Positions 31,020 through 40,515 of a DNA stretch of 64,000 nt are shown piece by piece (within the stretch, counting starts at the first letter, position 1; every line of letters begins with the position of its first letter). Where the stretch lies: NCBI GenBank assembly GCA_963754315.1, contig CAVWFS010000008.1:192001-256000 (forward strand), read 5' to 3'. Under the pieces are notes generated by a model. That model saw nothing but the letters and a program-made list of their open reading frames with translations. It ran no database searches and had not been told where the DNA came from. The position numbers were made by a program, and so were the translations under genes. This DNA is from an uncultured Candidatus Rokubacteria bacterium (lineage in GTDB: Bacteria; Methylomirabilota; Methylomirabilia; Rokubacteriales; CSP1-6).

Positions 31020-31585
31020 TCCAGGTGCGCACCCTGTGCCTGTACGAGCGCCCACTCCAAGCGCCGGTGACGCTCGGCCCGCTCCCTCCGGCAGTCGAGC
31101 TTGCCGTGTGGGACGCGCCTCCGGCAGCGGGCGATGCCGGTCGGCCGTGGCATCCGGAGGCGGAGCGGCGAATCCGCGAGGGCCAGGTATGTGTTGTTGC
31201 GCGCCACCAGGAGACCGTCATGGCCTATTGCTGGTTGACCTGGCGGCCGGAGTGGGTCGCGGAAATTGACCGCCTCGTGGTCCCCGGACCCGACGAGGCC
31301 TACCTCTACGAGGCGTTTACCGAGCCCGGATGGCGGGGCCGTGGACTCTTCCCGGCAATGCTGTTTCGGTTGCTGGCCTATGCCCGCGCCCAGAACCGAC
31401 GCCGCGCCCTCATCTTCGTGCTCAGCGACAACCGTGCTTCACGTCGAGCGATCGAGAAGGCCGGCTTCACGCTCTTCCAGACGGTGTCGAAGGTGGAGAT
31501 CGGTGGTCTGAAGCGTCTCGTGTTTCGCGGGCCCCGGGCCGACCGGGCCAGGGTCACCTTGGCTGCGCGCGCCGACCGAGCCTGA
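31016..31585 (+). CDS. GNAT family N-acetyltransferase
   Basis: Start MIQVRTL overlaps the ycaQ stop (ATGA); FTEPGWRGRGL..NRASRRAIEKAGF. Confidence 0.85.
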   Translation: MIQVRTLCLYERPLQAPVTLGPLPPAVELAVWDAPPAAGDAGRPWHPEAERRIREGQVCVVARHQETVMAYCWLTWRPEWVAEIDRLVVPGPDEAYLYEAFTEPGWRGRGLFPAMLFRLLAYARAQNRRRALIFVLSDNRASRRAIEKAGFTLFQTVSKVEIGGLKRLVFRGPRADRARVTLAARADRA

Positions 31586-31589
31586 CCCG

Positions 31590-33986
31590 TCAAGGTCGGG
31601 CGCGCGCGGCCTCCACCAGATCGGCGAGCCGCTCCGGCGTCATCGGCAGCTCGTCGATGCGCACGCCGAGCGGAGCCAGCGCGTCCTCCACCGCGCTGGC
31701 CAGGGCGGCCGGCGCGATCATGCGTCCCCCTTCCCCTCCGCCCTTCACCCCGTACTCGGTGAACGGTGATGGCGTCTGCACGTGTCCGATCTCGAAGGTC
31801 GGCACCTCCCGCGCAGTGGGCAGCAGATAGTCCATGAAGCTCCCGGTGAGCGGTTGGCCTTCGGGATCGTAGCGGTACTCCTCGTAGAGCGCCATCCCGA
31901 TGCCCTGGGTGATGCCCCCCATGATCTGCCCGCGCAGGCTCTTGGGGTTGATCACGGTCCCCACATCGTGCACGGCGACATAGCGAAGGATGCGGACCTG
32001 ACCGGTCTCGGGGTTGACCTCCACCACCGGAACGTGGACGCCGTGGGCCATGATCGGATAGAAGGCACCGAGATCCTTGCGGTCGGCTGAGGGCAGGGTG
32101 AGGTAGGGATGATCATAGGTGTGGCGCGCCTCGAGTCCGGATTCCATCCCGGGCGGAAGGTTCAGCTTGAACCAGTAGGCCTTGAGCCCAAGATCGGCGT
32201 AGGTCATCGACTTGTCGGGCATGCCTCGGACCATGGCCTTGCCGTCGGCGAAGACGACATCCTCGGGCGCTGCTTCGAACTGGTGGGCCACGATACGCGC
32301 CATCTTGTCCTTGAGCTTGCGCGCGGCACCCACGGTGGCCCCCGTCAGCATCACGGCCATGCGACTGCCGCCGGGGCCGGCCCCCGGGAGCCCGTGCTGT
32401 GAGTCCTCATAGGTCACGGTAACCTGCGCGGGATCGATCCCGAACTCCTCGGCCGCGGTCTGGGCCACCACCGTCTCCGGGCTATTGCCCCAGAACGGCG
32501 AGAACATGGTCGCCACGAATTCGCCCGTGGGGCCGAGGCTCAACCCGACGCTCTCGGGAGCGCTGGACAGTCCAGGGGTGTCGTACCAGAACCAGAACTC
32601 GGTGGGCCCGTACACGCTGCGCTGCTGTGCGGTGGCGAGACCAATCCCCACATACCGACCCTGCGCGCGCGCCTGCTGCTGCATTCGGGCGAGGTCGGGC
32701 AAGCCTGCCATCTCGATGGCGCGGTCCAGCACAGCTGGATAGTTGCCGCTGTCGTAAATGTTTCCCACGGGCGTCTTGAAGGGAAACCGGGCGGCGTCAA
32801 TGAAGTTGCGCCGGCGCAGCTCGACCCGATCCGCACCGAGCTCCTGGGCCGCTGCGTCCACCAGGCGCTCCAGGCAGAAGTTTCCGGCATCGGAGCCCGC
32901 TCCGCGGAACACGCCCTGCTGGCACTTGTTGGTCAGCACGCACTGGACGGAATAGGCGACGCTGCCGATGCGATAGGGCCCCGTGACCTGGGCCAGAGCA
33001 TTGCCGTGAGTCCCGTGGCCGAACTGGAAGTAGGCGCCATAGTCGTCGACGACACGCACACGCAGGCTGGTGAACTCACCCTGATCGTTCAGGGCCAGCT
33101 CGGCGTCATAGTAGCGGTCACAGGCGAGGTTCTCCGAAGCGAGCAGGTTGTCGACCCGGTCCTCCATGAACTTCACCGGGCGGTTGGCGCGCTTGGCCAG
33201 CATGCCCGCGATCGCGATCACCTTGGCCAGCACGTGCTTGGAGCCGAAGCTCCCACCCACGTACATCGGGATCAGATTGAGCTTGCTCGCCGGCACCTTG
33301 AGCGTGTTGGCGAGCAGCCAGCCGACGAAGTTGATCATGTTGGTGTTCGACCAGACGTCCATGCGCTGCCCGAGCGGATCGTAGCGACAGACCGCGCCCG
33401 CTGTCTCCAGCGGCTGGGCGCTGGCCCGATGCCAGCGCAGCCGACGCCGGATCACCCGCCGCGCGCGCGAGAAATCCCCGTCGACATCGCCGAACGACAA
33501 GGTCTTCTCGAAGACGAGGTTGTTGGGAAGCGTGTCGTGTATTTTTGGGGCCTCGGCCTGCATCGCCGCGAACGGGTCGGTAAGGGCGGGCAGCGGCTCG
33601 TACTCCACGTCGATGAGAGCAGCGGCGTCCTCGGCCGTGTAGCGATCGACAGCGGCCACCGCCGCCACCGCCTCCCCCGCGAAGCGCACCTTGTCGACCG
33701 CCAGTGCGTACTGCGCCACCGGCTCCGCGCAGAAAGCGGGCAGGGGATTGGTCAAGGCGCGGGCGTCTTCTCCCGAGACCACCGCCCACACACCCGCCAG
33801 CGCGCGCGCCCGGCTCGAATCGACCCTGACGATTCGCGCGTGGGCGTGCGGGCTCCGCAGCACCGCCGCGTGGAGCATGCCCGGCAGCCGCACGTCGTCG
33901 ACATAGGTAGCGCGACCGGCAAGAAGCTTCGGATCCTCGAGCCGCGGAATGTCCTTGCCGATCCAGGTGTATGGGGTTGCGGCCAT
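31590..33986 (-). CDS. Mo-hydroxylase (XDH/CODH family) large subunit
   Basis: IGKDIPRLEDPKLL, VGGSFGSK, VFRGAG and KGGGEGG motifs. Confidence 0.93.
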   Translation of the reverse strand: MAATPYTWIGKDIPRLEDPKLLAGRATYVDDVRLPGMLHAAVLRSPHAHARIVRVDSSRARALAGVWAVVSGEDARALTNPLPAFCAEPVAQYALAVDKVRFAGEAVAAVAAVDRYTAEDAAALIDVEYEPLPALTDPFAAMQAEAPKIHDTLPNNLVFEKTLSFGDVDGDFSRARRVIRRRLRWHRASAQPLETAGAVCRYDPLGQRMDVWSNTNMINFVGWLLANTLKVPASKLNLIPMYVGGSFGSKHVLAKVIAIAGMLAKRANRPVKFMEDRVDNLLASENLACDRYYDAELALNDQGEFTSLRVRVVDDYGAYFQFGHGTHGNALAQVTGPYRIGSVAYSVQCVLTNKCQQGVFRGAGSDAGNFCLERLVDAAAQELGADRVELRRRNFIDAARFPFKTPVGNIYDSGNYPAVLDRAIEMAGLPDLARMQQQARAQGRYVGIGLATAQQRSVYGPTEFWFWYDTPGLSSAPESVGLSLGPTGEFVATMFSPFWGNSPETVVAQTAAEEFGIDPAQVTVTYEDSQHGLPGAGPGGSRMAVMLTGATVGAARKLKDKMARIVAHQFEAAPEDVVFADGKAMVRGMPDKSMTYADLGLKAYWFKLNLPPGMESGLEARHTYDHPYLTLPSADRKDLGAFYPIMAHGVHVPVVEVNPETGQVRILRYVAVHDVGTVINPKSLRGQIMGGITQGIGMALYEEYRYDPEGQPLTGSFMDYLLPTAREVPTFEIGHVQTPSPFTEYGVKGGGEGGRMIAPAALASAVEDALAPLGVRIDELPMTPERLADLVEAARARP

Positions 33987-33995
33987 GGTCCCTCC

Positions 33996-34485
33996 TCAGC
34001 TAGCCCTCGCCACTGCGCCCTTGGCGGCGGCGAGGGAGACGGCCTCGATGATGCCCTGATACCCGGTGCAGCGGCAGAGGTTGGCCGAGATGGCTTCACG
34101 AATCTCGGCCTCGCTCGGCGCCGGATTCGCGCGGAGCAGCTCGTAGGCGATCATGAGCATGCCGGGTGTGCAGAAGCCGCACTGGAGCCCCTGCGCCTCC
34201 CGGAAGGCTTCCTGGAGCGGATGCAGACCCTCCGTCGACGCTGAGTCCTTCGACGGTCATGATGTCCGCCCCATCGGCGCCGATGGCCAGCATCAAGCAC
34301 GCTCGGGCCGTCTCGCCGTTCACCATGACCGTGCACGTGCCGCACACACCGTGCTCGCACCCGATATGGGTCCCGGTGAGCCCCAACGTGTCACGGAGGA
34401 CGTCGACCAGGAGCCAGCGCGGCTCCACGGTGAGCTCGTGACGCACGCCATTGACCGTCAGCGCTATGGACTCAGTGGTCGGCAT
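33996..34485 (-). CDS. Mo-hydroxylase small (2Fe-2S) subunit, frameshifted near 34228
   Basis: [10 protein letters not shown] in one frame and [24 protein letters not shown] in another, joined by removing one base. Confidence 0.88.
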
Positions 34486-34488
34486 GGT

Positions 34489-35361
34489 TCAGGTTCGTCC
34501 TGCCCGCTGGGCCGCCGTTTCGAGCGCTTCGCGCGTGACGTGGCGAGCCAGCTTCTTGCGGAACGCGGCCGAGGCGTGCACATCGGAGGGGGGAGTTGTG
34601 GCAGCGGCCGCCTGATTGGCCGCCTCGTCGAGGGCCTTTCCCTCCACGCGCCCATCAGTGAGGATCTGCTCGGCGGCCGTAGCGCGGATTGGCGTCGGAC
34701 CCGCTCCGCAGAGAACGATCCGGGCGCGCGTGCAGCGGCCGGACGCGTCCAGAGTGACCAGCGCCGACACGCCCACGAGGGCGAAGTCGCCCGCGCGTCG
34801 CGAGATCTCCACAAAGGCCCCACCCGTACGCGGAGGAAGAGCGGGGACACGAATCTCTTCCAGCAACTCGTCGGCCCTCAGGGTTGTGGTGAGGGGGCCC
34901 GCGAAGAATTGGTCCGCGGCAATGGTCCGCCGTCCCTGCCGGCTGGCGGCCACCATCTCGGCACCGAGGGCGACCATGGCGGCCGGGAGCTCCGAGGCGG
35001 GATCGGCATGAGCGAGGTTGCCCCCGACCGTGCCGCGATGGCGGATCGGCAGGTGGCCGATCAGACGGCACGCCTCGGCCAGCATGGGGAAGCGCCCGAC
35101 CACCCCCGCATCTCGTTCGAGGACGTGCTGACGGGTGAGAGCGCCGATGGTGACACCTCCGTCCCCTCCGCGCACATAGGCCAGACTCGCGATCCGGTTG
35201 AGGTCGATCACGATCTCGGGCTGGGCAAGGCGGAAGTTCATGAGCGGGATGAGGCTTTGCCCGCCTGCCAGAAGCTTGGCCCGGTCGCGATACTCACCGA
35301 GCAGGGCCAGCGCGTCCTCCTCGGAGCGCGGGGCCACGTACTCGAAGCGTGGCGGTTTCAT
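34489..35361 (-). CDS. Mo-hydroxylase medium (FAD-binding) subunit
   Basis: MKPPRFEY, LAGGQSL, IRHRGTVGGN..ADP and RRAGDFAL motifs. Confidence 0.95.
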   Translation of the reverse strand: MKPPRFEYVAPRSEEDALALLGEYRDRAKLLAGGQSLIPLMNFRLAQPEIVIDLNRIASLAYVRGGDGGVTIGALTRQHVLERDAGVVGRFPMLAEACRLIGHLPIRHRGTVGGNLAHADPASELPAAMVALGAEMVAASRQGRRTIAADQFFAGPLTTTLRADELLEEIRVPALPPRTGGAFVEISRRAGDFALVGVSALVTLDASGRCTRARIVLCGAGPTPIRATAAEQILTDGRVEGKALDEAANQAAAATTPPSDVHASAAFRKKLARHVTREALETAAQRAGRT

Positions 35362-35430
35362 GACGTCCTCCGCGTGTGAGGTGGCGCGAGCTTAGGAAGG
35401 TCGAGGGCCACCTGTCAAGCGGGCCGGGGA

Positions 35431-36588
35431 TCAGACGAAGGTGAGGGGCTCGATGACCGCCTCCCCGCGGGTGAAACGGTCGAGGCTGAGCGCAGAGATT
35501 TCGAGAGTGCTCGTGTGGCCATCGGCGATCAACTCGGCCATGAGCTGGCCGGCGATCGGCCCGTGCATGAAGCCGTGGCCGCTGAAGCCGGCGATCACGA
35601 AGAGGCCGTCTACGCCGGCCACGCCGCTCACGATGCCGGTCTGGTCCGGCGTCATCTCGTAGAGCCCGACCCACCCCCGCATGAGCTGGGCCTCGGCCAG
35701 CACAGGAGCGCGATGGACGGCGCGCTCCACGAGCGGGGCGGCGAGGCTCCAGTCCACGTCCGTGTTGAAGGCGCTGGCCTCGTCGGCCCGTCCGACGCCG
35801 AGCAGGATGCCGTCGCCCTCCCGCCGCATGGAAATGCCGAGGTGCGGGTCGATGATGAACGGAGTTGCTCGGGGAATCTTCTCCGTCGGGAAGGGAGCGG
35901 TGACGAACTTGTGACGTCGGCGGGGAGAAACGGGAATGTCGACACCGGCGAGGCGTCCCACCATCCCTGACCAGGGACCGGCCGCGATGACGACGACCGG
36001 CGCTTCGATGGGACCGCGCGCCGTCAGTACGCTCGTCACCCTCGACCCCACTCGCACCACGCCGACGACCTCTTCATGCTGGCGGATACTGACCCCCAGT
36101 TCGCGCGCACGGCCAGCAATGGCCGTGGTGCAGAGGTAGGGATCGGCATAGCCATCGCGCGGCGAGAAGGTCGCGGCCCGAAGGTCATGAGTGTTGAGAT
36201 ACGGGAACCGTGCGCGGGTCTCCTCGGGGGTCAGGGTGAGCACCTCCACCCCCAGGCTGCGTTGCAGGGCGACGCTGCGCGCGGCCACCTCCTGCTCGTC
36301 AGCAGTGGTGACCAGGAGTAGGTATCCGTGCTGGCGAAACTGAGGATCCACTCCGAACTCATCGGCAAAACCCTCATAGGTCACGATGCTTCGGGTGGTC
36401 AGCTCGATCCCGATCCGGTTCGCGTATTGGTGTCGGATACCACCGCTGGCCAGCGCCGTGGAGCCGGAGCACACCGTCTCGCGCTCGAGAACGACGATCG
36501 TTCCGATCCGACGTCGCGCCAGGTGATAGGCCGTGCTGGCACCCATGATACCGGCGCCCACGATGATGACGTCTGCCGTCTCAGCCAT
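35431..36588 (-). CDS. FAD-dependent oxidoreductase (DAO / sarcosine oxidase beta family)
   Basis: IVGAGIMG, GLYEMTPD and GFSGHGF motifs. Confidence 0.92.
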   Translation of the reverse strand: MAETADVIIVGAGIMGASTAYHLARRRIGTIVVLERETVCSGSTALASGGIRHQYANRIGIELTTRSIVTYEGFADEFGVDPQFRQHGYLLLVTTADEQEVAARSVALQRSLGVEVLTLTPEETRARFPYLNTHDLRAATFSPRDGYADPYLCTTAIAGRARELGVSIRQHEEVVGVVRVGSRVTSVLTARGPIEAPVVVIAAGPWSGMVGRLAGVDIPVSPRRRHKFVTAPFPTEKIPRATPFIIDPHLGISMRREGDGILLGVGRADEASAFNTDVDWSLAAPLVERAVHRAPVLAEAQLMRGWVGLYEMTPDQTGIVSGVAGVDGLFVIAGFSGHGFMHGPIAGQLMAELIADGHTSTLEISALSLDRFTRGEAVIEPLTFV

Positions 36589-37051
36589 CGGCGGGTGCGG
36601 CGAGAAGCTCCTCCGCGATGCGCTTGACGTCGCTCGCTTCGACCTGCCCCTTGTGTGTCTTCATGACGTCGCCGACGACCTTGCCTACCTGCTTGGTGTC
36701 GGTGATGCCCAGCGTGCGCAGGCGCTCCTGGACGAGCGCGCGCAACGCGACCACGTCCATCGACGTCGGCAGATAGTGCTCGCAGAAGGCGATCTCGGCG
36801 CGAAGCTGGGCCGCCTGCTCGAGACCCCGTTCGCCGACCCTTTCGAACTCCCCCAGTGCCTTCTGCAGTTGCTTGCGATAGGCGCCAATGACGTCCAGAA
36901 GCAAGGCGTCGTCCACCGCCCCCGAGAATCCCTTCGCCGTCGTTCGTTCGCTCAACTTGGTCTTGATCATGCGGACGACGTTGGCAGTCCCGATGTCCTT
37001 GTCCTTGATGGCCTGCCGGAGCGTCTCGTTGAGGGTCTCCAGAATCGTCAT
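36581..37051 (-). CDS. GatB/YqeY domain protein
   Basis: 156 aa all-helical; LRQAIKDKD..YLP..QVGKVVGDVMK..GQV. Confidence 0.85.
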   Translation of the reverse strand: MTILETLNETLRQAIKDKDIGTANVVRMIKTKLSERTTAKGFSGAVDDALLLDVIGAYRKQLQKALGEFERVGERGLEQAAQLRAEIAFCEHYLPTSMDVVALRALVQERLRTLGITDTKQVGKVVGDVMKTHKGQVEASDVKRIAEELLAAPADG

Positions 37052-37494
37052 GGTCCGACGGATGTGTCGGGGGCCATGCGGTGTCGCCGCAAGACCTTTG
37101 CGATCGATTCACCGGTGAAGCCGAGCTGGAGAAGGGCGGTCCCCATGTCGAAGTACTCGCGATAGCTGGCGATGAGGCCGTGCTCCAGCTCGAAAATACT
37201 CATGCCGGGGAAACGGACGAGGCGGCCGGCACTGCGGGGCACCGCGTTGGTGACCGTGTAGCTGAATGTCCACTCGGCGGCGGCCAGCGCCCCATGCTCC
37301 ACGATTCGCTCCATGCACCACCGATACCCCTGTCCTTCGTGAAACATGCGCTCGAACATCGCCCGAAGCCTACCCTGGCCGGTGTGGCTGCCGTAGAACG
37401 TGTCGACGTAGGTCGCGTCCTCCGCGAAGCAGCCGAGGAGGGCGGGAATGTTGGCTGCGTTGAATGCTGTCTCGAATGCCCGTACGACGCTCAT
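37048..37494 (-). CDS. NTF2-like / SnoaL-like protein
   Basis: AFNAANI..CFAEDATY..GMSIFEL.HGLI..YREYFD. Confidence 0.88.
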   Translation of the reverse strand: MSVVRAFETAFNAANIPALLGCFAEDATYVDTFYGSHTGQGRLRAMFERMFHEGQGYRWCMERIVEHGALAAAEWTFSYTVTNAVPRSAGRLVRFPGMSIFELEHGLIASYREYFDMGTALLQLGFTGESIAKVLRRHRMAPDTSVGP

Positions 37495-37509
37495 GCGGGT
37501 ATCCTCAGT

Positions 37510-37830
37510 TTATAGTGGGGGGCCTCGACTTATAGTGGGGGGCCTCGACGGCCCCCCAGCCCCCCCGTGCTCGGGACGCCCCGGGGGACCCGTGGCGCCC
37601 CTCGATGTCACGCAATCTGCTGGGGGCCTCGACGGCCCCCCAGCCCCCCGTGCTCGGGACGCCCCGGGGGACCCGTGGCGCCCCTCGATATCACGCAATC
37701 AGCTGGGGCCTCGACGCCCCCCCCTTGCTCGGGATGCCCCGAGGACCCGTGGCGCCCTCTATATCACGAAATCTGCTGGGGCCTCGACGGCCCCCCCCTT
37801 GCTCAAGACGCCCCGGGGACCCGAGACACT
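37510..37830. repeat. Tandem array of ~4 double-hairpin units (~85 bp), preceded by an exact 20-bp duplication
   Basis: Units start at ~37536, 37621, 37704 and 37777 (tgggggcctcgacggccccccagccccccgtgctcgggacgccccgggggacccgtggcgcccctcgat.tcacgcaatc.gc); ttatagtggggggcctcgac occurs at 37510-37529 and 37530-37549. Confidence 0.92.
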
Positions 37831-37913
37831 CCCTTAATGTGTTTAGATGATGCACGATAGATGGGCTAGCGTGCCAGCAAAGCGTGTTGCGGGCGCGCGA
37901 GAGGGGGGCGGCC

Positions 37914-38825
37914 ATGCGCTGGAGGCGAGGCGGGCAGAGCCAGGACGTGGAGGATCGCCGCGGAACCAGCCCCGGAGGCGGATTCGGAGGCCGGATTCCT
38001 GGCGGGGGAATGGGAATAGGCCTGGGTGGGGTCGTGATTCTTCTGGTACTCAGCCTGGTTTTCGGCCAGAACTTCTTCGCGGTTCTGGAACCGGGGGCGC
38101 CGACGGCCCCGGCCCCGGGAATGGCTCCCACGCCGCAGGCGAAGCCCGCCGACCAGGAGGAGCTGGCTGACTTCGTGGCGTTCGTGGTCGACGACGTGCA
38201 GGACATGTGGACGCGGGAGTTTCAGAAGTCCCGACGCGAGTACGCGCGGGCGAAGTTGGTGCTGTTCACCGATGCCGTCCGCTCGGGCTGTGGCTTCGCG
38301 GAGGCGGCCATGGGCCCCTTCTACTGTCCACTCGATGGCAAGGTGTACGTCGACCTCGGCTTCTATCGGGAACTGAAGCAGCGCTTCGGGGCACCGGGCG
38401 ACTTCGCCCAGGCGTACGTGATCGCCCACGAAGTGGGGCACCACGTGCAGAATCTCCTTGGGATCTCCGAGAAGATCCGCCACACGCAGGAGGCACGTCC
38501 CGATGCCGCCAACGCGCTGTCCATCCGGCTCGAGCTGCAGGCCGATTGTCTGGCTGGCATGTGGGCCCGCTCTTCCGGCGAGCGTGACCTTCTCGAAGAG
38601 GGCGACCTCGAAGAGGGCCTTGGTGCGGCCGCCGCCGTAGGGGACGATCGCATCCAGAAGCGCATGACCGGTCAGATCAATCCCGAGCGGTGGACACACG
38701 GATCAGCTCAGCAGCGCGTAGCCTGGTTCAAGCGTGGCCTCGCCACGGGCCGGATTCAGGACTGCGACACGTTCCGGACGTCGTTGCCCGGCATCGATGA
38801 ACAGGGTCGTGGCCGGCGCCGCTAG
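37914..38825 (+). CDS. ypfJ: Neutral zinc metallopeptidase (YpfJ family)
   Basis: [35 protein letters not shown] and THGS..QR..WF motifs. Confidence 0.9.
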   Translation: MRWRRGGQSQDVEDRRGTSPGGGFGGRIPGGGMGIGLGGVVILLVLSLVFGQNFFAVLEPGAPTAPAPGMAPTPQAKPADQEELADFVAFVVDDVQDMWTREFQKSRREYARAKLVLFTDAVRSGCGFAEAAMGPFYCPLDGKVYVDLGFYRELKQRFGAPGDFAQAYVIAHEVGHHVQNLLGISEKIRHTQEARPDAANALSIRLELQADCLAGMWARSSGERDLLEEGDLEEGLGAAAAVGDDRIQKRMTGQINPERWTHGSAQQRVAWFKRGLATGRIQDCDTFRTSLPGIDEQGRGRRR

Positions 38826-38870
38826 GGCCGGGTGCGGAGGTGACGCCGGCCGCGTATACTGCACGATCGT

Positions 38871-39659
38871 ATGACCGTTCGCAAAGCCTTGACCATCGCC
38901 GGGTCGGACTCCGGCGGCGGTGCCGGCATCCAGGCGGATCTGAAGACATTCTCGGCTTTTCAGGTCTTCGGCATGTCCGTGCTCACCGCCCTCACCGCCC
39001 AAAATTCCCTGGGTGTTCACGGGGTCGTCAACCTCGAACCATCCTTTGTGGCCAGGCAGATCGATGTCGTCCTCGACGACTTCGGTGCTGACGCGGTGAA
39101 GATCGGAATGCTGTCCACCGCACCAATCGTGGGAGCGGTGGCGGAGCGGTTGCGCGCTCATCGGAAGAACCACATCGTGCTTGACCCCGTCATGATCGCT
39201 AAGTCCGGCGACCCGTTGCTCCAACCCGATGCCCGCCACGCCCTCGTAGCCGAGATGCTGCCGCTCGCCGACGTGGTCACGCCCAATCTTCACGAGGCAG
39301 CGGCCCTGGCCGAGATGCCCGTGAGTGACGAGACGGAGATGGAAGAAGCGGCCCGGCGCATCGCGGCCCGCGGGCCGCGTCACGTGCTGGTCAAGGGTGG
39401 CCACCTCAAGCACTCCGCCACCGATCTGTTGTGGGACGGGCGCACGCTGACTCGATTCCCCGCTCCCCGGATCGAGTCCGCGTCGACGCACGGAACGGGT
39501 TGCACCTTTTCTGCGGCCATCGCGGCCGGTCTGGCGCGTGGGCGGCCGCTGACCGACGCCGTGCGCGAGGCCAAGGCCTACGTGACGGCCGCCATTCGGG
39601 AAGGATTTCAGGTCGGGCACGGTGTGGGAGTCCTCCGCCATTTCGTGACGAGCTGGTAG
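38871..39659 (+). CDS. thiD: Hydroxymethylpyrimidine/phosphomethylpyrimidine kinase
   Basis: [25 protein letters not shown] and HGTGCT motifs. Confidence 0.96.
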   Translation: MTVRKALTIAGSDSGGGAGIQADLKTFSAFQVFGMSVLTALTAQNSLGVHGVVNLEPSFVARQIDVVLDDFGADAVKIGMLSTAPIVGAVAERLRAHRKNHIVLDPVMIAKSGDPLLQPDARHALVAEMLPLADVVTPNLHEAAALAEMPVSDETEMEEAARRIAARGPRHVLVKGGHLKHSATDLLWDGRTLTRFPAPRIESASTHGTGCTFSAAIAAGLARGRPLTDAVREAKAYVTAAIREGFQVGHGVGVLRHFVTSW

Positions 39660-39666
39660 GGCCTGA

Positions 39667-40515
39667 GTGCTCCCGTTCAAGCGTAGCGCGCCGGCCGCCG
39701 ATCCCGAGGGCCGGATGTCATTCATGGAGCACCTCGGCGAGCTGCGGACGCGGATCGTGCGGAGTCTGCTCGCGTTGCTCGTCGGTCTGCTGGTCACCTT
39801 TCCCTTCGCCGAGAAAATCGTCGACTACCTGGCCCGGCCTATCAAGAAGATGGGGTACACGCTGATCTTCACATCGCCTACCGAGGCCTTCTGGGTCCAG
39901 ATGAAGGTGGCCCTGATCGCGGCGCTGTTCGTGGCCTCCCCCGGTATCCTCTGGCAGGTGTGGCGCTTCGTGGAGCCGGGGCTGCACCCGACGGAGAGGA
40001 AGTACGCGGTGCCCTTCATCCTCATCGGCTCTCTCATGTTCATCGGAGGCGGGGCCTTTTCCTTGCTCGTGGTCACCCCCTTTGCCCTGAACTTTCTCTT
40101 GAGTTATGCGCGGCCGGGGCTCACCCCCATGATCACCCTGCAGAACCACGTCGACTTTCTCCTGAAATTCACCCTCGCCTTTGGCGCCGTCTTCGAATTG
40201 CCGCTTCTGATCACCCTGCTCACGCGCATGGGCGTGGTCACGACGAAGACGCTCGCGAAGAACCGCAAGTATGCGATCCTGGGTGCCTTCATCATCAGCG
40301 CGGTCCTGACTCCGACTCCCGACATCTTCAATCAGACGCTGATGGCGGGCCCGCTTATCCTGCTCTATGAGGTCGGTATTCTCTCGTCTCGCCTCTTTGG
40401 CCGCCGGCCGACCAAGCCCTCGCCCGGATCGTCGAATGGCCAGCCGCCGTCCGGAGCGCCAGCGCCGGAGGCGTCCCCGGCCACCCCCGCCGACCGGACG
40501 GGACTTCAACCATGA
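39667..40515 (+). CDS. tatC: Twin-arginine translocase subunit TatC
   Basis: MSFMEHLGELRTR, SPTEAF, FELP and LTPTPD motifs; an alternative start lies at 39715. Confidence 0.95.
   Translation: MLPFKRSAPAADPEGRMSFMEHLGELRTRIVRSLLALLVGLLVTFPFAEKIVDYLARPIKKMGYTLIFTSPTEAFWVQMKVALIAALFVASPGILWQVWRFVEPGLHPTERKYAVPFILIGSLMFIGGGAFSLLVVTPFALNFLLSYARPGLTPMITLQNHVDFLLKFTLAFGAVFELPLLITLLTRMGVVTTKTLAKNRKYAILGAFIISAVLTPTPDIFNQTLMAGPLILLYEVGILSSRLFGRRPTKPSPGSSNGQPPSGAPAPEASPATPADRTGLQP

Noticed and set aside
31590..35361. Aerobic CO dehydrogenase (coxMSL form I)
   Set aside because: The large-subunit loop is VFRGAG rather than AYxCSFR and no cox accessory genes are present; substrate unknown
37510..37830. 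CRISPR array
   Set aside because: Units are ~85-bp full-length tandem repeats with no unique spacers, and no cas genes are in the window; the same applies to 53867-54097
37448..37860. Short ORFs over the repeat array (also 53573-54251)
   Set aside because: They are Pro/Gly/Arg-rich translations of the repeats in several frames, with no coding signature
38826..38870. TPP riboswitch upstream of thiD
   Set aside because: The intergenic gap is only 45 bp and lacks the CTGAGA core
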